DNA from: Octopus sinensis
Taxonomy: Eukaryota
NCBI RefSeq assembly: GCF_006345805.1
Contig: NC_043002.1
Coordinates: 26,164,001 to 26,228,000, forward strand
Direction: 5' to 3'
Length of the DNA stretch: 64,000 nucleotides
The notes below the pieces were generated by a model, which worked only from the letters and a program-made list of their open reading frames with translations, was not told the DNA's origin and ran no database searches. Position 1 is the stretch's first letter, and every line of letters begins with the position of its first letter. Below are positions 53,546 through 64,000 of the stretch, in pieces. The position numbers and the translations under genes are program-made.

Positions 53546-55084
53546 GGTTGAAACGAAAGTCTCTTCATTCCACCTTGTATAATAATTTCTTTTATTTATG
53601 CATATTTCCGTGTGTGTGCGTGTGTATGTTTTTACAAATACATCGAGTTACTACCTAATACATATATACATACATGCCTATACATTTATACGAACACCTA
53701 CACACATATATCGAGATATATGCATGCACATGTGTAAGTCTATTTAATTACCAGACAATATTTGAGCACGTTATAGTTAATTAATGTCCTGGAAGGCAAT
53801 GTCGCTCTTTGCTCGCTACTTTATGTATGAACCATTAAATAAATAAAAGAAATTTGCATGTAATTAACATTTTATGGAAGCAGAGACCGATATTAACTTT
53901 AAAAGTTCACATCGCCATCTTACACTGTATGTGATGGAAAGATTATGAATAAAATGCTGAAACTGCATAGAGGACTGTCAGTTGTAACGATTTCGTTATT
54001 AAGTAGCACCGTATTCCTGCTTAAAACCGTCATCAGGTTAACGAATACCTATTGACTAGCCAATACGGTTCCAAGCTTCCAGCTCACTTTTCTGGTTAGA
54101 ATAATGATTTGTCCAATATTTTCTCCACTTTCAAAGGCCCTAAAGAAGATCATGGACGCATTTCAGCTGTTCGATCAACTAAACTATCAGGCTTATTGGA
54201 TTACGTGTAAGTGGCTCTGTATTCCACTGATACGTGTACCATTAATATATTTATGTATTTCTCAAGTAGAATCTGCATGACAGACTGTGACGAGGTTGAA
54301 TATTTAAATTATAGGTACAGTCCATATAACGGGATTCCGAGCAGTTTCCGTTAGCAAATTTCAATGCAGTGGGAGGAACCTGAGAACTCATAATTACGAA
54401 GCGAATTTCATAACCTTTCGACTCTATTATATCCACAATTAAACGCTACGTAAAACTTTCAAGATGCCATCTTTTACACTTGATAATAAAGTCCACAGCC
54501 TTGATATCTAGTAAAACAAAACCAGGAGATATCAATATAATTGTTGTTTTAGAGAACATATGAAATGACACACTCCATCCATGCCTATCTTCTCAATTTC
54601 CTTGTTGCAATTCGCTCAGATATACATTATCAAATGTATTCCTTCGTCAAACAGCACTGTGTAGCACGAGGGATAATTTGCTATGAGATCGAGGAATTAG
54701 GTAGAGGCCTCTATTCCATTGACTCTTTGATAAAAAATATCGTTGTAGATAATAGCGATTCTCTTTTACTCTTTCACTTGTTTCTGTCATTTAACTGCGG
54801 CCATGCTGGAGCACCACCTTAAAGGGATTTACCGAAGAAATCGACTTCGAGACTTATTCTTTCCAAGCCTAATACTTATTCTATCGTTTCTTTTGCCGAA
54901 CTGCAAACTTACGGGGATATAAATACATCAGCATCGGTTGTCAAACGATAGTGGGTGTCTGGGGAAAACGCAAACACATACACAAATAAAGATATATACA
55001 TTCTGCGGAGAAATGACTAAAAGTTGCACTGTTTATTGTTATACCATGTGTTACACAAACACACACACACAATATATATATATA

Positions 55085-56145
55085 AACATAGATAAGTGAT
55101 GCCCAGTAGATTTACTGTAACCTTGATACTAGACGCGCTCAGCCTCATCCTCGAAAACAATACATTCGTTTTCAATTAAAAAAAAAACTATCTCCAAATT
55201 CGTGGCACAGCTACGGAGACACGATTTGCTCCAGTTTTCACGAACACAGTATTGAGATACTTGGAACAAAACCTATATGAAAAAATTGAAGAAAACTACG
55301 GCATGAATTTTAAAAGACATAAATGACACATGGAAAAGATACCCGATGATTGTTTCCTAATTTAGACCAAATCCCTTGGTAATCTGGAAGAATTCAGCAC
55401 CCTCCTCAATAATCTATACCCTAGTCACTAAATTCACAAGAGAAATGGGAAACACACAGTTACCATTTCTTGACAAAAAGGTAATTAAAAACAACACCGC
55501 AATCACAACTGATATTTATTACAAAAGCACAGATACACATCAGTACCTAAATTTCAAATCATGCCTACCAACATACACAAAACAAAACATCCTGTTCTGT
55601 TTAGCTTGGAAAATTTGTACTATGCTCGATGATCCAAATACCAGAAACATGCGACTTATAGAACTCAAACGATTTCTGCTCAAGCCAAATTACCCGCTCT
55701 TACTTATAGAAAATAGCATACAACGAGAAAAAGAGATACCTATAGAACAACTTAGAGCAACACGAAAAAGAGGAACCCATCAAAGGAACGTAATACCATT
55801 TTTTGTAACACACAATCCGTATCGCCAACATATTTTTAACATCATCGAAACAATTTTGCCAATCACAGAATAAAGTGAAATATTAAAAAAAAACATAATA
55901 ACTAATCAAACACTTACCTTAAGCAAAAGGCAACCACATAACCTAAAGAAACCTTCAACAAAGGCAAAATTCAACATGAACAAACATGATAAAACATTCA
56001 CAGTTTCCGAGTGTAATGGTAACAGAGGTGGAACGTGTCAATACATGCATACAGGTAGATCCATTTCGCAAATGCAGATATGAACTGCAAAAGCAGAAAT
56101 TTGATCTTCTGTATCAAATGCCTGAATTGTGAGGAATTATATATA
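55085..56145 (+). pseudogene. Penelope-like retroelement RT with the start of the GIY-YIG domain, 5'-truncated and frameshifted
   Basis: LILENNTFVFN, QIRGTATETRFAP (cf. GTAMG..AP), WKRY-DDCF (frameshifted), LPFLD, TDIYYKSTDTHQYLNFKSC, NYPLLLIE, then C..NRGGTC and CKSRNLIFCIKCLNCEELYIG. Confidence 0.9.
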
Positions 56146-56350
56146 GGCGTGTTTATCGCCTTGGGTACGTAAGCCAATTTACAATGGCTATAGGGTACCC
56201 GTTAGTTTTCAATACCTCTAGGAAGCGTGTGGTGTGGGTTACCTTATCCTCTGTCCTGCTGCACTTGCTCCGGATGTAAGTTAATTTCTGGCGCATCCTA
56301 TTTTTACCATAATAAGAAACGTGAAATCCAGACCATGTTTTAAATGGATT
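56146..56350 (-). pseudogene. Opposite-strand Penelope-like RT C-terminal fragment
   Basis: YIRSKCSRTEDKVTHTTRFLEVLKTNGYP (cf. R...CS......L...NGYP). Confidence 0.6.
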
Positions 56351-56353
56351 CAA

Positions 56354-56391
<38 letters not shown>

Positions 56392-56395
<4 letters not shown>

Positions 56396-56753
56396 AGCAA
56401 AGCGCCCCTAGTCCAATGGACGGTGCTGAGTTCTGAAATTTTCTCAAAACAACTTGTCCGACCGCCCCATAGGCATCCCCTTTGAGAAACACTGATTTAA
56501 CCTAAATTTCGGACACCGCGCATTTTTCTCGCGTATGCGTAGTATCGATCGCGACAACTGATGTACTTGCGCGTACAAATGCACGTTCCCACGGCTTTAT
56601 CGGTCGCATTCTCACCTGGAATCGATTTTTGTAATTTTTGGGAGACTTATACACGCCCTGATGCCGTCGGTATCAACATATGAAATTTGAGCGTGATCGG
56701 ATGGAGGATACCCGAGATCCTAGAAGACACACAGACAGACAGAACGAAATATA

Positions 56754-56760
<7 letters not shown>
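56392..56760 (+). mobile_element. Non-autonomous Helitron/Helentron-associated (HINE/DINE-like) element
   Basis: 5' short hairpin gtccaatggac. CpG-rich body. The 3' end aaatttgagcgtgatcgg...gagat...acagacagacag...aatatata resembles HINE/Lep1-type termini. A similar 5' end may occur at 24790. Confidence 0.55.
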
Positions 56761-56808
<48 letters not shown>

Positions 56809-56810
56809 TG

Positions 56811-56852
<42 letters not shown>

Positions 56853-57052
56853 AACATACATGACGGGCTTCTTTCTGTTTCCTTCTACCAAATTCACTCA
56901 CAAGGTTTTGGTCAGCCCGAAGCTATAGTAGAAGACATTTGCCCAAGGTGTCATGCAGTGGGACTGAAACTGGAACCATGTGGTTAAGAAGGAAGCTTCT
57001 TACCACACAGCCACGCCTGTGAACAAAAGATACACCCCAAAAACAAAAATAA

Positions 57053-57109
<57 letters not shown>

Positions 57110-57599
57110 GCAGACAACACAAATCAAAAATTAAAAAAAGACAATAAATCTCACACTTACAAAGAGCAATTATTATTAATTCATATAACAGTTTAAAACG
57201 GTTTTGCATCAATAATCTTAAAATAACATGTATAGAAAGCATAATCGTAGAAATATTGATTTCCACCATAGGCACAATAGAGACATCTTAAACTGTGTAT
57301 CTTAATAGAAAGATAACCAACAGTTTCCAATAGCCTTTGTATCTACAGCCGAAGTTTTACTGAATCGTGAAAGTTTACTTAGACATTAAATTCTTTAATG
57401 AATTGTCTTGCTATTCAGTCTGTACTTTTATAATGTGCCACGCTCAGATATGGTTCAACTTCCAAGACTATTAATATAAAATTTCATTATATTAAGGATA
57501 GAGTAATTACTCATACGTATGCTGCATTGGTTTCCAGTTCACAAAGGAATTAATCGAATGCAAGATTATCCAGCTTCATAGAAAATTACACACACGCGT

Positions 57600-57630
<31 letters not shown>

Positions 57631-58404
57631 CACGCGCGCACGCATACACGCATATGCATAACACATACGTATGACTGGCTCAAACTGCTTTCTTCGCATG
57701 TTTTAAATCTGAGGTCAATATTCTAATTATTTATAAAACACAAATTAATGGAATATGTGAATGACAACGTGCCAAATACAAAACGTACCAAACTGACAAA
57801 ATAACAAAAAACAGAAAAATAAATATCAGAAAGAAAAATAAATCATAAAATTCCCACATCACTAAATGCTTGAAATAAATGCCCAGAGTTGCACATACAA
57901 ACACACACACACACAGAGAAAGATGCTTAATATCTGCCGTAAAGCTGTCTTTCCATTCCCCTACAATCTATTTACCAGTATAAAATGTAACACTACACCT
58001 AACACATATTCTGCCAGAGAACCATAAACCAATATATGGGCCTTTTCATCCTCGGTAAGCGAAACAAATAAAACAGTTCAGTGACAAAGAGCCGAATCGT
58101 TAACGAGAACGCAAAACATTTAACTTAACAGGGAAAATTTTCTCGTCTGCTGTCACACGCGCAATACATATGCGCGTGTGGCACAGACGCAGACACTCTC
58201 TCTTATAATTACAGACCCACACGCATTGTCATCACACTATGCATTTGTAACCATTTTTATATACCGCAACGCATTGTAGAGAAAAAAAGAGTACCGAGAC
58301 ATGTAGGGCTGTACGTACAGTCTTACATAAGAATAAGCGGAAGAGCAAAGAGATTATGCAATATATAGAGACATAGTAAAAAACTGATAATATAAGCATT
58401 GATG

Positions 58405-58590
58405 TCATAGAATCGTTAGCGTGCGGCTCAAAACGCTCGACTGCATTTCGTCCGTTCTTAGTTCAAATTTCATCGAAGTGATCTTTGCCTTCCATCCTTT
58501 CGGGTTCGATTCAATATGTACCAGTTGACTACTGGGGTCGAATTCATCAGCTTTTGTTCCAAAAGTTGAAATGAATATTAGCAGGGATAA
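58405..58590 (+). mobile_element. Family A SINE (degenerate)
   Basis: gaatcgttagc...gttcttagttcaaattt...gccttccatcctttcggg. Confidence 0.75.
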
Positions 58591-58598
58591 ATTACATA

Positions 58599-58633
<35 letters not shown>

Positions 58634-58985
58634 TTTATCCAAGGAGAGGCAATGGGAGCAACAACCACAGGAACACCACAAAATTCAAAGATAGATCAAA
58701 CACATGCAAATCTTTTATACTAGTTTATATCTATACAGTCCGACATATTAGGAATTTAAAAATTCAGTAATATATAAGTATCATATACAAATAAAAATAT
58801 AAATACAAATATAAATATAAATTTTGCATATAACACGCTTAAAACTGTTAGAATAAGAGTAATAAATATAGTGATAATAAAATAAAAATATAGCATATCA
58901 AGACACGAGTAAAATTCCGGCGAATAGTACATAAAATATAATACACATACAAGCTTACAAAAATATAAGATATACAGAAGTCAAT

Positions 58986-59078
58986 CATCTACGGGCCGTT
59001 TCGAGGTTGTGCCAATCAATACTAGACATATCAGTACTTAAAATAGTACTTAAAATTGGCACTCCCCTCGTCAGGATG
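58986..59078 (-). ncRNA. Type I hammerhead ribozyme (Penelope-associated)
   Basis: Minus strand CAUC-CUGACGA-GGGG A GUGCCAAU-[loop]-AUUGGCAC AA CCUC-GAAA-C GGCCC GU A|GAUG. All core nucleotides are present. Stem I is 4 bp (CAUC/GAUG), stem II is 4+8 bp closed by G-C, stem III is a minimal 3 bp. The GUA cleavage site falls between 58990 and 58989. Confidence 0.8.
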
Positions 59079-59364
59079 TCCTATACAACACATATAAAAC
59101 ATGAACAAACACACAAATACATATTCACATGCTGGCCATTCTCAGAACACGATATTTACGTACTCCCAGAAAAATGTTTACGTCGACCCTGAATGGAACT
59201 TTATACGCAAACCATTCGATACAGTCGCCATAGGAAATTGCATGCACGCAGCGCCATCTGGCCCGTTTCACTTCAGCACTTAATTTATTTCATTTTATTT
59301 TATTCCAATTTTATAAATTCTCCCATACATGCAAAGCCACATACTCAGGTGCGATTCATCGACT

Positions 59365-59615
59365 AACAGTTATTTTTCATATAATCACATTACTTTAGTT
59401 TTACCTCATTTTCCACTTGCTAAACTTAATTCACTTGTTATTGGTTAGCTCTAACTTTCATTGCTATTTGTACTTCCAAATTTCCTAGTTATTTTTTAAT
59501 AATTACTTTACTTTAGTTAAATCTCGTTTACCACTCACTATACTTACTAAACTTAATTCAATTGTTATTGCATAGCTGGAACTTTTATTGCTTTTTCTAT
59601 TTCTAAATTTCCTAT
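59365..59615. repeat. Two diverged ~125-bp tandem units overlapping the GIY-YIG stop codon
   Basis: ttatttt...ttactttagtt...ctaaacttaattca.ttgttattg..tagct..aactttt.attgct.ttt.ta.tt..aaatttcct occurs twice. Confidence 0.75.
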
Positions 59616-60093
59616 AGAACGTCGAGTGGGTCTCATGCGTACACGCCGGTATTGCATCAGTGAACTTATTTAATGCTGCGTTGTTGTAATTTTTCAATAT
59701 AGTGTATGCCTCCCTTATGCATAAACCGCATCTAGTGGACCCAATTCTATAAGGGGAGGCATGCGCAAGGATAGCCCATAATATTTTAAAATCAGCATTC
59801 CTTTCCTTGAGGTCGTTAATATGTAATGCCAGTGTTGTAGAGGTCCTATATTTAGGATTGTTGAAGGAGCTCAGGTGGGGTCGATACCTCTGCTTAAAGT
59901 CTACTGTGCTTCCGATATATATTTTTCTCTGGCCTCCTTGAGCCTCAACACTACATTTATAAATCACATTTTCCTGGCGACAATTTCCGCTAATCGAACA
60001 TTCAGTTGGGTCCCTACAATTACATTTCTTCAACCTGCTACGGAGTCTCGTATTATTGATACCGTGCGCACTCCCAGTACTAGGATCCACCAT
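59503..60093 (-). CDS. GIY-YIG endonuclease of a Penelope-like element (196-aa uninterrupted frame; start codon uncertain)
   Basis: CNCRDPTECSISGNC Zn-finger-like motif; NVIY...IYIGST; KQRY..H (conserved Arg); RCGLCIREAY (conserved Glu); ALN (conserved Asn); ACTH. Confidence 0.85.
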   Translation of the reverse strand: MVDPSTGSAHGINNTRLRSRLKKCNCRDPTECSISGNCRQENVIYKCSVEAQGGQRKIYIGSTVDFKQRYRPHLSSFNNPKYRTSTTLALHINDLKERNADFKILWAILAHASPYRIGSTRCGLCIREAYTILKNYNNAALNKFTDAIPACTHETHSTFYRKFRNRKSNKSSSYAITIELSLVSIVSGKRDLTKVK

Positions 60094-60355
60094 ATCATCT
60101 ACACCATCGTTCGTACTATTTTCCAGTATAATTATTCTATTATTATTCCTACTATTACCATTCTACTTATTTTCATTTTTATTTTTATTTTTACTAATAT
60201 TTTTATTACCATTTCTACTACTATTAACGCCATAATTACCACCCTGCTAATCATTATAATCACTAATATCATCACCGATATCATTATTATGATTATCTCT
60301 ACTATTTACATTATTTGTCACCCCAACACACCCTTCACAATCGATTTCAGAAGAC

Positions 60356-60399
<44 letters not shown>

Positions 60400-61567
60400 G
60401 CATACACATGCTGGAACACCGCCTTAAAGGGTTTTAGCTGAAGAAATCGACTTCAGGACATTTTCTTTCTAAGCCTAGTACTTATTCTATCGGACTTTTC
60501 TTGCCGAACCCCTAAGTTACGGGGATAGAAGCATACCAACGGCGGTTGTCAAACGATGATGGGACTTTGGGGAAAACACAGACACACACACATAAATATT
60601 TATACATACATACATGCATACACACACATATGATATATACGTAAATGTGTAACAAATAATGGCATTTCACAACTATGCGGATGAGTGTGATCGGCAAATC
60701 CTCCCACCCTTATATCACCTGGTTTCATGCATTCCCTGTACTCAAAATCTTCAGATCCGAAGTACACGACTCGTATTAAGAAATGTACCTTGTCGTTCTG
60801 GTAGATAAGTTATAATTGTTCATAGACTATTAAATTGGTTCTTAAACAGGCTATTGTTTTCATGTCCTACAGAATCAGATTACCCCCATCTTAATTTGAA
60901 CCTCGTCTTTACTTTACACTTCAAATGTCTGATATGCCTATTGTTATCCATCCAAAGGATTGTGAATTTTATTTTGTTCTGGGCTGTTATGGACTCCTCC
61001 TTACATGTGTTACTTGTTTTCTCTTCAGAATATTTTATAGGTTTAGTATGAGAAGATCATGTTGCTGTTTTGTTCACACTGATCCCGATAATTTGGTACT
61101 CATTTCCAATCTTTCCGTTTCACTATGTTGTCGCAGCATGAGTGGGGTGGTACTACTAGTTATGATTGTTATACGAGTTCAGGTCTTTGGCGTCTGGCAC
61201 TGAGACAAGACAACTTCATCCACTATCCATGGAGCAGTTATTGCAGCTGTGACAGGTGATAAACTAGAGACTGCAGGTCTGCTCTCTGATATTTCCTTGT
61301 AAACTTGAGCTCACATATTTCAAGTGGAACTTGATAGATACCACACCTGAATTAGTTGGTTTCTGTATCCGGCACTACTCTCGCTTCCTTACCACAATCT
61401 TTGATGTCCAAGATCTCCATTTGTCATGAAATGCTCGTCAAGATAATATTGTTAGTATCTTTTTCAAAATTGCACAAATTTGCGTCGTTGTTGCTGCTTA
61501 TTGTGCTTTTGTAGTTTTACAATTTTTATAGAAGTATACCTCTATCTTTCAATATAATTACGTGTAT

Positions 61568-61950
61568 AAGGCGGCGAGCTGACAGAAACGTTAACACGCA
61601 GGGCGAAATGCGTAGCCGGATTTCGTCTGCCGTTACGTTCTGAGTTCAAATTCCGCCGAGATCAACTTTGCCTTTCATCCTTTCAGGGTCGATTAAATAA
61701 GTAGCAGTTACGCACTGGGATCGATGTAATCGACTTTATCCGCTTGTCTGTCCTTGTTTGTCCTCTCTGTGTTTAGCCATTTGTGGGTAGTAAAGAAATA
61801 GGTATTTCATCTGTTCTGAGTTCAAATTCCGCCGAGGTCGACTTTTCCTTTCATGCTTTCAGGGTCGATATATTAAGTACTAGTTGCCTACTGGGGTCGA
61901 TCCAATTGACTGGACCCTGCCCAAAATTTCGGGCCTTGTGCCTAAAGTAG
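61568..61950 (+). mobile_element. Dimeric family A SINE in sense orientation
   Basis: aaggcggcgagctgacagaaacgttaac (A box)...gagttcaaattccgcc (B box). The second unit restarts at gttctgagttcaaattccgccgagg after gtaaagaaataggtatttc. Confidence 0.9.
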
Positions 61951-62081
61951 AAAAGAATATAATTATGTGTGAGATTCCTGTTTCTCAAAATCTGTTTATT
62001 TTTTTGTAATGTGTTTTTCTTTGAAAATTCCTCCGAAATTTTCATTTGAGAAGAGCACGCACATTGAAATATTTCCATATA

Positions 62082-63620
62082 CAACCAGAGACACGTTGAT
62101 AGCTCAGGAGCGGAATTTAGGATTTCTCAGTTTTCTGTGAATCGATTTTGATAAAACTTTTCCCAGTTGGTTTCACACAATGGTAACAGCATTGTTATGT
62201 TTTCATTATTCTGTGTAACATCCTTTCTATTATTTCAGATTCTTCAGTTAGTTTTTCTGTGAACCACACTAATAGCTTTTGAATGAATATAGCCCATGTA
62301 GACATGTTTTTTTTTCAGAAATGAAGGGTAATGATAAATATGAAGCATACACTGGGTATATATTTAACAGAAATCCATGATAATATAACATTTAATGAGA
62401 TATTGAATTATTTAGCCATATGAACGCTATTTCGACGAATAACTAAAAAAAGCCTATTAGTCATGGAATCTGTCAATCCCTTAATAGTAGCAGGTTGGAC
62501 TGCCTCTGTTGTAGCTTTGATGGTCGCCCATAAGACATCTTTCGACGTTAATTGGCGTGCATCAGCTTAAACATCTTGTTTAACGATGGACGAAAGGTTT
62601 TCGATAAGTTTGAGATCCGAAGATGCTAGCGGCATCAACTATCAACTTTTCGCCTTGTAAGCCGTAAGACCCACCTAGGAATGTTTGGGTGGTCCTGGCA
62701 TAGTGGGAGGGAGCGTTGCCATGCATGAATACGAAATTATTTAGAAGTGACAGCAGTATGTCATCTAGCCAGGGATCCAAGACCTCCTTCAAGACATTGC
62801 AGTAGGCGGCTGCGGTCAGTTTAACCTCTTCAGGCATCCTGACTGGGCCAACAAGTTTATCTCCAATGAGTCCAATCCACAACATGACTCCTCCCAACTG
62901 ATATTGACGTGGTAAACGTTGGTGACGCACATCTCCAAAATATACACAACCTTTTGCCCAACCATCAGGTTCGTCAAGGGTCGCCCTGGTTTCGTCAATG
63001 AACAGAACACAACCCTATGTCTAATGTCAGGTACTTCTGTGCCCATTGAAGCCTCAAACTCCTGTGAGGAGGCAGTTTCAGGGGTTCTCGCACAGAAGCC
63101 ATGGTTCTTGAGAATGCGATTCCAGGTGATTTTCGGTACATGACAAAGTCCAAAGGTGGTGAAAATGGCTTTGCTTGATTGTCCAGGCTTTCCACGTAAG
63201 TTGCAACTAATATTCCTTAAATCTCTAGCTGTCACAGTCTTGGAAGTCCCACATTCGGATCGTTACTTCCTTGGCACTCATATGTCTAAATAATTTATTA
63301 TGTCAATAGTTGTCATAATATTATTATTGGTTTTCTGTTAAATATATACTCAATATATGCTTAATATGTATCATTAACCTTCGTTTTCTGAAAAAAAGAA
63401 AAAGAGTCTTGATGGGCTATTTTCATTCAAAAGCTATTAGCGTGTTTCATCCCAAAACGGAAGAATCTGAAATAGAAAAGAAAGGACGTTACACAGAATA
63501 ATGATAACAGAGTGTTGCCATAGTGTGCAAACCAACTGGGAAAATATTTATCAAAATCGATTCACAGAAAGCCAAGAAAACCTAAATTTCAGCCCTAAGC
63601 TATTAGCGTGGTTCTGGGTG
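62082..63620 (-). mobile_element. Tc1-like (DD34E) transposon with ~340-bp IR/DR-type inverted repeats and TA target-site duplication
   Basis: TA|caaccagag...ctgggtg|TA. Arms are about 62082-62425 and 63280-63620. The minus strand encodes VTARDLRNI (HTH), VLFIDETRATLDEPDGW, GGVMLWIG, FMHGNAPSH and SDLKLIENL, with frameshifts. Confidence 0.92.
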
Positions 63621-64000
63621 TATATTACCTTGCCCAACCACTGGTAAAAGAGGTTATATGGAAAATATAAACACTAGAAAAGAATAATAATGTGGGGACA
63701 TAAGAATTTTGATACATCATACAGTACTTTAAGTTTTTGATCTGTTTAAGCACCTTCTATAAGTTCATATAGTATTACGCATGACCTAATATACTCGGGG
63801 GTGTTGGCGAATTTCCATCATTCGGTGCTCAGAATTCATTTATGCAATCAAAAGTATGACAATTTCTATGCAGTTTACGCCTATCCCATTTTATTGACAA
63901 AGAATGGGGAAACTGCAGGCTATAGTAAATTACATTAATTCAGTAAACAAAACAGTGGGATCGAGACTGAGAACGAGCGGTTACTAAGCTAACATTTGGC

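Noticed and set aside
9069-57275. Dozens of ORFs rich in [20 protein letters not shown] or LLLL
   Set aside because: They are translations of (TA)n, (TATC)n, (TATG)n, (CA)n and (AAT)n microsatellites, which lack stops in some frames.
59875-60441. 188-aa plus-strand ORF that looks like a membrane protein
   Set aside because: It is antisense to the GIY-YIG ORF and its Asn-rich linker; the hydrophobicity comes from ATT/ACT low-complexity codons.
61200-61480. GC-richer block that might be another LINE fragment
   Set aside because: I could not recover a diagnostic motif in any frame, so it is left unassigned.
61568-61660. tRNA-like heads with A and B boxes (also 22280-22345 and 51690-51750)
   Set aside because: No cloverleaf or acceptor stem can be formed, and they continue into SINE bodies, so they are not tRNA genes.

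Overview
Very AT-rich, microsatellite-saturated eukaryotic DNA. The repeat families (tRNA-derived SINEs, Tc1/mariner relics, R4/Dong-like and RTE LINE relics, Penelope-like elements) fit an octopod cephalopod genome, probably Octopus; this is inferred from repeat content only. I found no recognisable host protein-coding gene. Many of the supplied ORFs are translations of microsatellites and the rest are mostly transposon debris or chance frames; only a few weak candidate exons remain, so the window is probably intergenic or intronic. The best-supported functional signal is on the minus strand at about 58.99-60.35 kb. There, an uninterrupted GIY-YIG endonuclease ORF of a Penelope-like retroelement (no RT in this copy) is followed by a ~125-bp tandem repeat and a type I hammerhead ribozyme with a complete catalytic core (58986-59078). 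A second hammerhead-like motif at 52915-52975 has the core and two stems, but its segments are in an order that matches none of types I/II/III. Other notable structure includes a perfect 130-bp-arm hairpin, several other fold-back elements, a near-identical tandem duplication with 948-bp period, an apparent templated insertion copied from 2.8 kb away, multimeric SINEs, a (TAA)n-associated R4/Dong hot spot, and a TA-flanked Tc1 element with ~340-bp IR/DR-type inverted repeats. All translations and pairings were read by eye; no database search was run.
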